Assembly: GCA_951406725.2 (NCBI GenBank)
Contig: OX597820.1
Location: 127,534,001-127,598,000, forward strand
DNA length: 64,000 nt
Origin: Octopus vulgaris
Taxonomy: Eukaryota
Direction: 5' to 3'
Shown: one piece after another, positions 26,400 through 38,575 of the stretch
Layout: every line of letters starts with the position of its first letter
How positions within the stretch are numbered: the first letter of the stretch is position 1
Made by a program: the position numbers and the translations under genes
The notes under the pieces: generated by a model
What the model saw: only the letters and a program-made list of their open reading frames with translations
Databases searched by the model: none
Told to the model about the DNA's origin: nothing

Positions 26400-26609
26400 T
26401 AATTGAAAAAATTGGAGTCAACAAGAAGGGCTACGGACGGTCATTTATTTTTTAACCACAACAATTGTTTCGACGCAATGTAGTTTTCTAGGTGTGCATA
26501 ATCAAGTACCTGCACACCTGGAAAACTATGTTGCATCAAAACAATTGTAGTGATTAAAAAATAAATGTCCAATCGTACCCCTTCTTGTCGACTCCAATTT
26601 ATTCAATTA
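26400..26609. repeat. ~210-bp imperfect palindrome (fold-back element)
   Basis: Arms taattgaaaaaattggagtcaacaagaaggg...aggtgtgca / tgcacacctgg...cccttcttgtcgactccaatttattcaatta, with the loop near 26499-26510. Confidence 0.85.
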
Positions 26610-27408
26610 CTCTCTCACACACACACACATATATATTGAAGGGATGGTCACATATAGAGCTCTCGTTCCTTCGTTTTGCTCACTAGGAGCTGAACTTGGG
26701 CTAAGCAAAGGTTATTCTTTAAAACTGTTACAGGCCTGCATTGATTCAACAACCACAATTAATACTGGTTTCAAAATTTGGCACAAGACCAACAGTTTCA
26801 GGAGATAGGGCTTGTCGATTACATCGGCCCTTATTGATCCTCGTTTTATTGACCTCGAAAGGATGATCTGCTAAGCCAACTTCTGTTGTATTTATTAATC
26901 ACCGACTCTACTAACCAAGGGAGATAACCTGTAAAAATTATTTATCTTAGCATTCATATTTGAGTGCAAAGGAGACAGTTTGCAGTAAGTGCATTATGGG
27001 TATTTGGTCATGTGGTTTAGAAGTGTACCTCTCACTCTCAGTGATCTGGGTTAAAGCCCACTGCATAGTATCATGGTCAGCCCCAACCCTTGAGAATAAA
27101 ATTGATATCTGATGGCTTTTTAACTTGTAATTTGTATGCTCTTCCTTGTCATACTGAAAAGATAGTTAAGAATACAAATGGATGCATAATACACATTTAG
27201 CTACATTATAATAAATATGATTGAATAACTGGAATATTCTTTATTGTAAAATGTGAAATCCATTAATTAATTCAGTCAATTAAATTCTGTTAATTTATTT
27301 GCTTACAGTTTTGCTATGCATACTAGATGTTTATAAACTTAGCATATTTCCTGATTCCTGTGATACACTTTTTTTTTCCTGGAAAAATACTGAAGAACTT
27401 CCCACAAA

Positions 27409-27960
27409 GTAAGTGAAGTTAATTGCCACATCAAAGTTATTACTAGTTTAACCCCAGGCAGATCTTCTGTCAGCTGGTTATTGGGCAGTCTTGCACCCTT
27501 GCACCGATAACCATCTGGCAGTAGATCTACCAGGGGTTAAACTATTAGTAACATGGAACAGCCACTTTGATGTAGCGATTAACTTTTACTTATTGGTATA
27601 GTTACTATTCTCATCTCTTCTTGAGATTTTACTACCAGCCACTTTGCTTGTTGCAAATCAGTGACCGATAGTCGCTTTGTTTACAATATATTGCTAGCTG
27701 GAGTGTCTCTCTGGTGACCAGGCGTTCGCAACTGAGGATGAGCATACTAGCTCAAAACTGAGTCAGTCTCATCATCCTGTCATCTGCTGGAGGAAGGTAG
27801 GGGTTAGCTCCCCATGCTAGCAATATATAGGTACAAGGTACAGAGCTGCACTGATAACCAGCTGGCAGACTAATAGTAACATGGAACAGCCACTTTGATG
27901 TGACGATTAACTTTACTTGTTAGTATAGTTACTACATGGATCTCTTTTTGAGATTTTACT
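27409..27960 (+). mobile_element. Penelope-like pseudo-LTR remnant: inverted plus direct repeat around a decayed hammerhead
   Basis: Inverted repeat ~27409-27592; direct repeat ~27499-27631 vs ~27847-27960; hammerhead-like CTGAGGA-T-GAGC...GCTC-AAAA-CTGAG-TC at 27732-27764. Confidence 0.65.
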
Positions 27961-28904
27961 GATTCCTAAACATTATTAAAAGGTTTGGTTGTAAAGTGGA
28001 GTTTAACAACAAGATCCTATCCTAAAAGTGTGCAGCCTAGTGATTAGAATGTTGCGCTCATGAGTGTGGCATCATGGTTTCGATTCCTGGACTGAGCAGT
28101 GCATTGTGATTATGACATTTCACTTCACATTGCTGCTGCCCATTCAGCTGTAAATGAGTAACCCACGTGATGGAGGAGTGTCCCATTCGAGAGGAATATT
28201 GTGATCTCCACTCACATATACACTGACCCTATGACTTCTACAACTTAAGTTTGTACTTATTTTTGTTTTTTCATTAAAAATCTTTCTTCTGTATTATAAG
28301 CCTATATGTGATAAATATATTTGCAGTGTACTGATGGTAATTAGTTAGAAATTTGCAAGCGGTTACTAGTACCCAAATGCCATTTGTTTTGCTTGACTTT
28401 TGTTGCAATTGACAGTGATGGTACTTCATATACCATTTGTAGATTGGCAGAAGCACCATCAAAATAACCGTAAGTTATTCTAGATGACATTACTCTTCTT
28501 TGACCTTACACAATGGTAACTAAGCAGAGATGACTAACACATCATTAGTGACGGCTGATTGCCTGTGTGGGTCACTACCAACCAACCAACCAACCAACCA
28601 ACTGAATGATTTGGGAATGAAGAAAACAAGTATGGGCATTAAAGAAACAAAATTCTCATAATTGAAGGAAGACCAGTATATTATACTTGCAGGAACAGTG
28701 AAGATTTCATGGAATTAATGGTAAACTTCAATTGGATTATTTCTGAAAACTCTATCCAAAAAACCTGAAAGCATAGCCTGTGTTGTGTCTGTATGGAAAG
28801 ATAGTTGCTCATCTGCTACTCTTTGGAAAGTGAAAGAAATTGGAATATGATGATTACTTAATGCACATCATATACTTTATGCACAATTTTATAGACTTAA
28901 TAGA

Positions 28905-31080
28905 CCCCTGGCCCATCAGGAATCAGCACAGCGATGCTCAAAATATCTGGCGGTGTCGGCTATAGCCTAGTCAACCGTATAGTTAACCAGGTGATACATG
29001 AAGGAATCATAGTCAACTGCTACAAAGGTAAAGGTGCTTTAGATACAAATAATTACAGAGGTATCAAGTTGTTGGATCACGTAATGAAGGTCATGGAGAG
29101 GGTCATAGCCCAACTAATTAGAGAGAGAGTCAGTTTGGATGAGATGCAGTTTGGGTTTGTGCCAGGGAAAAGTACCACTGATGCTATATTCCTGGTAAGG
29201 CAGCTGCAGGAGAAATACCTGGCCAAAGATAAGCCCCTGTACCTGGCTTTCGTTGACATGGAGAAAGCCTTTGACAGGGTTCCCCGATCCCTTATCTGGT
29301 GGTCAATGAGGAAACTAGGGATAGATGAATGGCTAGTGAGAGCTGTATAAGCCATGTACAGGAATGCTGTCAGTAAGGTGAGGGTTGGCAACAAGTAGTG
29401 AAGAATTCCAGGTAGGGGTAGGGGTCCACCAAGGATCAGTCCTCAACCCCTTCTTATTCATCTTAGTCCTCCAGGCAATAACAGACGAATTGAAGAGGGG
29501 ATGCCCCTGAGAACTCCTCTATGCTGATGACCTTGCTCTAATTGCTGAGTTACTATCAGAACTAGAGGAAAAGTTTCAGGTGTGGAAGCAAGGATTAGAA
29601 TTGAAGGGCCTTAGAGTCAACCTAGCTAAAACCAAAGTCCTAATAAGTAGGAAGGCAAACAAACCACAAATCCCTTCAGGTAGATGGCCCTGCTCGATCT
29701 GTAGAAAAGGCATAGGTAGAAACTCCATAAGATGTACCCAGTGTAAGCTATGGACACATAAGAGGTGCAGCAATATCAAAGGGAGGCTAACTTGGAAGAT
29801 AGTTTTTGTATGTGGCAGATGCTCAGGAGCAATAAATACTGAAAATGCTCAGAGACCAACTTCCGTCACATTCCAGGGAGAAAAACTAGAAATACTTGAT
29901 AGCTTGCATTACCTAAGTGACCAAGTCAGTTGTGGGGGTGGGTGTGCTGAAAGTGTAGCTGTTAGAATAAGAATAGCCTGGGCAAAGTTCAGAGAGCTCC
30001 TACTTCTGCTGGTGACAAAGGGCCTCTCGCTCAGAGTAAAAGGTAGACTGCATGACGCATGTGTACGAACAGCCATGCTACATGGCAGTGAAACATGGGC
30101 CTTGACCTGCTGAGGACATGCGTAAACTTGCAAGGAATGAAGCCAGTATGCTCTGCTGGATGTGTAATGTCAGTGTGCATACACAACAGTATAAGCACCC
30201 TGTGAGAAAAGTTGGATTTAAGAAGCATCAGTTGTGGTATGCAAGAGAGACAACTGTGCTGGTATGGTCATGTGTTGCGAATGAATGAGGACAGCTGTGT
30301 GAAAGTGTCACACCCTAGCAGTTCCTAGAGGGAACCTGTGGAAGAGGTAGACCCAGGAAAACCTGGGATGAGGTGGTAAAGCACAACCTTCGAACATTGG
30401 GCCTTACCGAGGCAATGACTAGTGACTGGGATCTTTGGAGATATGCTGTGCTTAAGAAGACCTGACAAACCAATTGAGACCATAACCCATCGCATATGCC
30501 AGTGGGTGTAACCAGCCCATTTATGAATACCCCTCATTCATTGGACAATAAACCTTGCTTGTGAAGACCTATTGAAGCAAGTGTAAACAAACCAAAATCA
30601 CTAACGTGGCCGATGACAGTACCACCTGATTGGCACTCATGCCAGTGGAATGTTAAAAGCACATCCTAGCGTGATCATTACCAGGGCCTTGGATTGGCTC
30701 CTGTGCTGGTGACACATGAAAAGCACCATTCAAGCATGATCGTTGCCAGCGTTGCCTTACTGGCACGTGAAAAACAACATTCATGCTTGGTCATTTGCCA
30801 GTGCCACCGGACTGGCTCCCGTGCAGGTAGCATGTAAAAACACCTTTTGAGCGTGAGAGTGGTCATTGCCAGAACCACCTGACTGGCCCTTGTGCTGGTG
30901 GCACATAAAAAGCACCCACTACACTTTTGGAATGGTTGGCTTTAGGAAGGGCATCCAGCTGTAGAAACTCTTCCAGACCAGATTGAGCCTGGTGCAGCCT
31001 TTGGCTCACCAGTCGTCAGTCAAACCGTCCAACCCATACCAGCATGGAAAGTGGATGTTAAATGATGGTGATTATGATGA
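28905..31080 (+). mobile_element. 5'-truncated RTE LINE (RT, PHD insert, C-terminus, 3' UTR), inactive
   Basis: ORF pieces with NYRGIKLL, QFGF, DMEKAFDRV and YADD. Internal stops and frameshifts. Tail ends in (gat)n. Confidence 0.95.
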
Positions 31081-31741
31081 CTCTTATTTTTCCATTTTTC
31101 CCATAAACAAACAAACACAAAAAAAACCCCATATATGACCTTTAGTTAAATTGCATATATCTGCCACATAAATAAGCGTGTCTAATCGCATGAAAGTGTG
31201 ACCGACAGGCTAAATAACACAATGACAGGCAGAATTATACGATTGGGTCTAGTGTTTCATTGTTACATTTTTTCATCAACTCCAGTAGAATGAAAAAAAC
31301 ATATCAATCTTGTTAGGATTTTAACTTGAACCATAAAGTGTTGCATCTAAAATACTGTCGGACATTTTCCCCAAAAGGCGGGCAGTAGAAGAAAAGTGAG
31401 ATTTCAATTCTTTCATAGTTGAACAAAAATGTAATAATGTTTGTGTGAGTGTGCATATATATATATATATATATTTGTTATTATTATTATCATTATTAAT
31501 TTTACGTATTTTTGTTTTGTATGCATTCGAGGCTTTCTTCCAAGGAATCTAATGCGCTTGGCTTAGATTTTCATTTGGGGCAGGCCAGGTCGGAGCAATC
31601 TCAAGATTAATCAGCCGAAATTGCGAAGATGATCCGGTTCTTGACTGAAGATCGAAGGCTTCGAATGTCCTGTCCGTGTTTTTTGTATCGTCTTCTAAAT
31701 GTTTTGCGTTCTTGTCCCAGTTTGTGTTTTTTTTACATTTA

Positions 31742-31793
<52 letters not shown>

Positions 31794-32011
31794 CTAATAT
31801 AGGATAGAATTTTTCGAAAAAATTTCTATCAATGGCCAGCATATGAACTAACTCTGAAATTGGGTCCGATATTGTAATAATGGAACTTTTTAGAAATTTT
31901 TATCGGCTTTCTTTGAAACACATGCTTGCAGTGATAAATTACATGGTTATTGACGTAGTGTCTATTTTCAGCATATTTTGGCATTAAAAATTTTTTCTTT
32001 TGCCCTTACTG

Positions 32012-32045
<34 letters not shown>

Positions 32046-32048
<3 letters not shown>

Positions 32049-32333
32049 GAGGTGCAATGGCCTAGTGGTTAGGGCAGCGGACTCGTAGGATCGCGGTTTC
32101 AGTTCCCAGACCGGGCGTTGTGAGTGTTTATTGAGTGAAAACACCTAAAAGCTCCACGTGGCTCCGGCAGGTGGTGATCCCTGCTGTACTCTTTCACCAC
32201 TCTTTCTCCCACTCTTTCTTCTGTTGGCCTGCTCGCTTAGCCAGCGGGGTGGCGTCATTCGAAGGCTAAAACAATGCGAACGCATTGTGACCAGCGATGT
32301 GTAGCAACATCTGATGGTTTGGCCGGTCACGGT

Positions 32334-32335
<2 letters not shown>
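32046..32335 (+). mobile_element. tRNA-derived SINE, family A
   Basis: Matches the reverse complement of 3246-3545. Flanked by (TA)n on both sides. Confidence 0.9.
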
Positions 32336-32376
<41 letters not shown>

Positions 32377-32717
32377 CTAGTCTTATATAAACCTTTATAT
32401 TTGTTTTTGTTTTCCCTTTGTTTTTTATCTTTATTCTTATTCTAAAAATCTTTTTATGATCATTTGCTTCATTTCAATCTGTAAAGTGGAAGCTGATTGA
32501 TTAAAATTTAAGTCCTTCAGCATTTACCTTGTTCGTTTCCAGAATTGTTCAAGCTATTCACATTTCTCTTTTTCAGGTATGCCCCCAAGCATCCATGCAA
32601 GCTGATCCCTCCCATCATGTGAACTGTAATGTTGACAAAGTCTCTCAAGACTACTTTATATCCCTACCTTTGGTGCCTCTCTGTTTGCAGTGAACAACCA
32701 GCATAATTTCAGCAACA

Positions 32718-32759
32718 ATGGCTCAAATGGAAACTGCATTCCCAGATGCTAAACTTCCT
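32718..32759 (+). CDS. Probable first coding exon of the C2HC zinc-finger gene (MAQMETAFPDAKLP)
   Basis: ATG in strong context (ACAATGG). Exactly 14 codons end at a phase-0 donor CT|GTAAGT (32760), matching the phase-0 acceptor at 38575. Candidate acceptors at 32576 and 32690. Confidence 0.7.
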
Positions 32760-32847
32760 GTAAGTGGTGAAAAATATTCTTTCAGTTACTCTGTATTTCT
32801 GTAAAATAATTCCCATACTCTTTTCACAGTTTTTTTTTAACCAATCA

Positions 32848-33212
32848 GGCACTGGCATGGCTGTGTTGTAAGAAGCTTGCTTTCTAACCACATGGTTCTG
32901 GGTTCAGTCTCACTACATGTCACCTTGAGCAAGTGTCTTCTACTATAGCCTCAGGCTGACCAAAACCTTGGGAGTGGATTTGTTGGAAGAAGCCTGCTGT
33001 TTAAATATGTGTGTGTGTTTGTCCACACCACTGCTTGACAACTGGTGCTGGATTGTTTACATCCCTGTGACTTAGTGGTTCAGCAAAAAAAAACTGATAG
33101 AATAAGCATCAATCTCTAAAAAAAAAAGTACTGGTGTTGATTCATTCGACTAAAAATTCTTCAAGGTGGTGCCCCAGCATGGCTGCAGTGTAACGACTGA
33201 AACAAGATAGAA
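32848..33212 (+). mobile_element. SINE, family B
   Basis: ggc...tggctgtgttgtaagaagcttgc...gggttcagtc...ccttgagcaagtgtcttctactatagcc, with a gactgaaacaag tail. Confidence 0.85.
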
Positions 33213-33817
33213 AAAAACAAAATGAGAACTACTTGAGCATAAGGAGAAGTTAGCTTCACTCGACATTGCTAACAACATGAACCAAGTTCATATAATTTAG
33301 CTTGTATGTGGGAAGACAGGCCAGCACCATTTTGTTGTTTTCATTTATCAATTCATCATCAACATGTGATCTGTTCTGTCAGAACTTGAGCGAATCCATT
33401 CTTCTGTTGTGATGGAGGGTAAGTAGTTGCTTTGTGGCAACGGTTTACTGTGAGTGGTCCCCCTTGTCCTTCTCTCAGGGCAATGTAGCCAGATCTGAAG
33501 AGAGAAAGAGAGCAGGAGGGGCATTGACTCCAAAGACTTGACGAGTTCTTGAATTTATCTGTTCCAGAAGAATGAAAGGCAAAGTTAACCTTTACTTGTA
33601 TTTTAACTCAGAATGCAAATAGCCAGAACAGATAATGCAGGCATTTATCTGGTGATAGGATTCTGTTTATCAACTGAATTATCAATTGATATCAAAAAGA
33701 ACTAAAAAAAAGTTTAACCCTTTTGCTCTTTTTTTTACTATATTTCTATTCAAATAGTTTTTGTTTCAATCAAATCAATTTATTAAAATAATTTTCTCAT
33801 TATTATGCTGGTATTTT

Positions 33818-34030
33818 AAGGTAGTGAGCTGGCAGAATGGTTAGCGCACCAGGCAAAATGCTTTGTGGCATTTTGTATGTCTTTATGTTCTTAGTTCAAA
33901 TCCACTGAGGTCGACTTTGCCTTTCACCCTTCCAGGGTCAATAAAATAAGTACCAGTTAAGTGCTGGGGTTGATGGAATTGACTTATCCCACACCTCAAA
34001 CTTTGGTGGCCTTTTGCCAAAATTTGAAAC
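33818..34030 (+). mobile_element. SINE, family C, with ~19-bp TSD
   Basis: Flanked by cattattatgctggtattt (33798-33816) and cattattatgttagtattt (34031-34049). Confidence 0.85.
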
Positions 34031-34094
34031 CATTATTATGTTAGTATTTGGAAGGTAAATCAACACGAAATTGCAGTGGAAGGTTTTAATTTAA

Positions 34095-36625
34095 TCATCA
34101 TCATCATCATCGTTTAACGTCCATTTTCCATGGGTTGGACGGTTCGACCGGGGATCTGGGAAGCCAGAAGGCTGCACCAGACTCCAGTCTTATCTGGCAA
34201 TGTTTCTACAGCTGGATGCCCTTCCTAATGCCAACCACTCCGTGAGTGTAGTGGGTGCTTTTTACGTGCCACCTGCACAGGTGCCAGGCGAGGCTGGCAA
34301 CGGCCACGGTCGGATTGGTGTATTTTACGTGCCACCGGCACGGAGGCCAGTCGAGGCGGCGTTTACATCGGCCATGAGTCGGATAGTGCTTTTTACGTAC
34401 AACCAGACCAGGGATCCTGGCTGGTTCAATTCGATTTCGATTTCGCTTGCCCCAACATGTCTTCGCAAGCAAAGGGGGTTGGCATGGGTGCCTGTCGTCG
34501 GATGAGGTTCTATATCGACTTCGCTTGCCTCAACAGGTCTTTGTGTCCAAGGGAGGAAAGGCATGCATAAGTGGGCTGGGCTCACTTGTCCTGCCTGGTC
34601 TTCTCACGTACAGCATATTTCCAAAGGTCTCGGTCGCTGGTCATTTCCTCAGTGAGGCCTAAAGTTCAAAGGTCGTGCTTCACCACCTCGTCCCAGGTTT
34701 TCCTGGGTCTACCTCTTCCACGGGTTCCCTCAACTGCTAGGGATTGGCACTTTCTCACACACCTATCTTCATCCATTCTCGCCACATGACCATACTAGCG
34801 CAATCGTCTCTCTTGCACACCACAACTGATGCTTCTTAGGTACAACATTTCTCTCAAGGTACTAACACTCTGTCGAGTATGTACACTGACATTACACATC
34901 CATCGGAGCATACTGGCTTCATTCCTCACGAGCTTACGCATGTCCTCAGCAGTCACGGCCCATGTTTCACTGCCATGTAGCATGGCTGTTCGTACACATG
35001 CATCATACAGTCTGCCTTTTACTCTGAGCGAGAGGCCTTTAGTCACCAGCAGAGGTAAGAGCTCCCTAAACTTTGCCCAGGCTATTCTTATTCTAGCAGT
35101 TACACTTTCAGCGTACCCACCCCCACTACTGACTTGGTCCCTAGATAACGGAAGCTATCAACTACTTCTAGTTTTTCTTCCTGGAAAGTGACGGAAGTTG
35201 TTTTCTGCAGATTTTCGGAGGTTAATGCTCCCGAGCATCTGCCACATACAAAAACTATCTTCCCAGTTAGCCTACCTTTGACATTGCTGCACCTCTTATG
35301 TGTCCATAGCTTACACTGGGTACATCTTATAGAGTTTCTACCTACACCTTTTCTACAGATCGAGCAGGGCCATCTTCCTGAAGACATTTGGGGATTGTCT
35401 ACCTTCCTACATATTAGTACTTTGGTTTTAGCTAGATTGACTCTAAGGCCCCTCGATTCTAGGCCCTCCTTCCACACCTGGAACTTCTCCTCCAGTTCTG
35501 ATAGTGACTCAGCAATTAGAGCAAGGTCGTCAGCATAGAGGAGCTCCCAGGGGCAACCTGTCTTGAATTCCTCCGTAATTGCCTGGAGGACTATGATAAA
35601 TAGGAATGGGCTGAGTACTGAACCCTGATGGACCCCAACCTCTACTTTGAATTCTTCTGTGTACATGTTGCCAACCCTAACCTTACTTACGGCATCTCTG
35701 TACATGGCTTGCACAGCCCTCACCAGCCATTCATCTATCCCTAGTTTCCTCATTGACCACCAGATAAGGGATCGGGGGACCCTATCAAAGGCTTTCTCCA
35801 TGTCAACGAAAGCCAGGTACAGGGGCTTATCTTTGGCCAGGTATTTCTCCTGCAGCTGCCTTACCAGGAATATAGCATCAGTGGTACTTTTCCCTGGCAC
35901 GAACCCAAACTGCATCTCATCTAAACTAACTCTCTCTCTAATTAGTTGGGCTATGACCCTCTCCGTAACCTTCATTACCTGATCCAACAGCTTGATACCT
36001 CTGTAATTATTTGTATCTAGGGCATCACCTTTACCTTTGTAGCAGTTGACTAGTATGCTGCTACACCAGTCATTGGGTATGACTCCTTCGTGTATCACCT
36101 GGTTGACTATACGGGTGACTAGGTTATAGCCGACACTGCCAGATATTTTGAGCATCTCTGCAGTAATTCCTGATGGGCCTGGGGCTTTCCCTGTCTTCAT
36201 GCTTCTAATTGCTTTAACTACCAAAGAATTTTCAACTCGGATGGCTGGTCCCTTTGTTGGGTTGACATTCAGCAGACTCTCTTTATCCCATTCATTTTCC
36301 TCATTCAGCAACCTTTCATAGTGGCGTTTCCAAACCTCTCTCTTTGCATCCTCATTTAGCGCAAGTGAACCATCATCCATGTGAACACACTTCTCTCCTA
36401 CCACATCACGATTCTCTCTCACACACTGTCTTGCAACACGAAATACCTCAAGTCTTTCATCCTCACGGCTCAGAACATTGGCAAATTTTTTCTTATCCGC
36501 TTCCCCTCTGGCTAAATAAACCTGTCTCCTAGCTTCCCTTCTGGCTGTCTGATACAATTCCCTGCTACCACCGTTCTTCCAGTCCTTCCAAGCCTGTCTC
36601 TTTTGTCTAATAGCCCTGTCAACAA
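34095..36625 (-). mobile_element. Young 5'-truncated RTE LINE; RT domain intact up to one frameshift near 35140
   Basis: ORF 35100-36653 has KAPGPSG, NYRGIKLL, QFGF, DMEKAFDRV, GVHQGSVLSP, YADD, a PHD insert and FRYLG. The C-terminal ORF is 34795-35046. (gat)n tail at 34095-34110. Confidence 0.97.
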
Positions 36626-36661
36626 GCAATAACCAGGGGCAGGCTGGTAGCAAAAGGGTTG

Positions 36662-36960
36662 ATCATCATCATTATTTAATGTTCTCCTTCCATGCTAGCA
36701 TGGGTTGGATAGTTTGACAGGAGCTGACCTGGCAGAAGACTGTACCATACTTCTGTGTCTGTTTTGGCATAGTTTTTATGGCTGGATACCCTTTCTAACA
36801 CCAACCACCCCACCGAATGGGCTGAGTGCTTTTTATATGGCACCATCACAAGCAAGATCAATTTTGGCATGGTTTTTACAGCTGGATGCCCTTCAAATGC
36901 CAACCATTTTACAGTGTAGACTGGATGCTTTTTGAATTGTGCCAGAACTGGCAACGTCAC
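36662..36960 (-). mobile_element. Older RTE-type 3'-tail fragment with internal duplication
   Basis: catcatcattatttaatg...catgctagcatgggttgg; the gctggat(a/g)ccct unit occurs twice. Confidence 0.75.
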
Positions 36961-38575
36961 CAAGTAACTTGTTGAATTTATGAAAAATTGACAGGACTCA
37001 AAATACACACCATTTTCCTGAAAGAAATGTTGATCTTAGTCTTTTAATTCAAATCCAGCTCTGTTTCAAATCCAGTCACAGATAACTGAGTTACTAATGT
37101 CTCTGCCTAATAGGCTCTCAATCAGTGACTGGTTTGAATCCTTTCATTTGGGCCAGTTATGCACTTGGTAAACACTTAATTTTTCAAAGGCTTGGTCCTG
37201 CTCCCTTTTGCTAATAGCTATAGTTGAACCCTCGATGAACCCTAATTTAGCAAATCCTTGTTGATAAACATTTCATCTATGACCACCATGGTTAGGTCAC
37301 ATTGGTCATTGTATTTTCTCTGATTTTTTTAAGATGGCAGGTTGTGACTTGAAGGAGATTCAGCACTTATTACCAGCAGGCCATGCAACCACTTAGAAGC
37401 TCCCTCATTGACTCAAAATTATTGTGGTTCGGAGTGAATTGAGTAAATATTATCTGTGTAATATTGATGGTGGTATAGTTCTGAGGTGTTGGGTTCAGTC
37501 TCAGTGAGGGACACCTTGTAAGTGGATTTGGTAAACAAAAGCAATGACTAAGTGTGTGTGTATGTACACTCATGTGAGAGAGTATGTGTGCACATGATTG
37601 AGTGTTTGTGTGTGTATACAAGTGTGTGTGTGTGTGTTCATGTCTGTCTTAACATTGGGTGTTTGTTGTAAACAAACATCATATGTCATTCATTTGCAAT
37701 TTTCAGTGAAATTAAGGTCAGGCCATTATTCTGTTTTGAAGGACTAAGATAAATAGCCCCTTGCTTGGAAAGAGGTGGGAGCTAATATCGGGAGGAACAT
37801 CCAGCAAGTCTGTCACTGATACAAATTTGGAAAAGCGGACAGTTAAAACGATGATTATATGCATAATGTGAAACATTAACTTGCATCAAATGTGTTAAAG
37901 TCATTGATTAGTGTTTGCATGATGTATAACTGCAAGTGGGTGTAAAGAGATATGAGCTGTAGAAGCTACCCATAATTGAAACAGGCCACAAATAGTTATG
38001 CCATCATCCTTGTTGCCATTCTCATTGTTGTTTTAATGTCCATTTTTCCATACTCACATGGGTTGGGTGGCATTTTTTTGAGATAGGTTTTCTATGATGA
38101 GATGCTCTTCCTGTCAACTACCTTCATTCAATTCCTAGTAAGGTATATTTCCCCCCATGGTTGGACATGTTTTCATGGAAGATTGGTAAGAAATGCCACT
38201 GCTTGTATGATGGTGAAACTCATTGACACCTATTGTGCAATATTAAGACAAGGACACACAAACACATACATACATGTACACATATGTACATGCATACATA
38301 CATTATATGTGTGTGTACACACACTCTCACAATGGGCTTCTTTCAGTTTCTGTCTACCAAATCCACTCACAAGACTTTGATCAGCTCAGAGCTGTCGTAG
38401 AAGACTCTTTCCCAAGGTGTCATACAGTGGGATTGAACCTGAGAGTGTGCACTTGAGTGGCAGTGGCTGCTTCTTCTTAGTTATCTAGAGTCATTGCACC
38501 AGCAATAGAACCATATTAATTTTAATTTACATCCTTTTTATTTTTGTTATTTCAATTTTTTTTCTCTCATTTTAG

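Noticed and set aside
31495-31745. Repeat between TA tracts with CTGAAGA-T-CGAAGGCTTCG-AATGTC
   Set aside because: It lacks canonical GAAA and stem III. Probably an interspersed repeat, but there is no second copy here to classify it.
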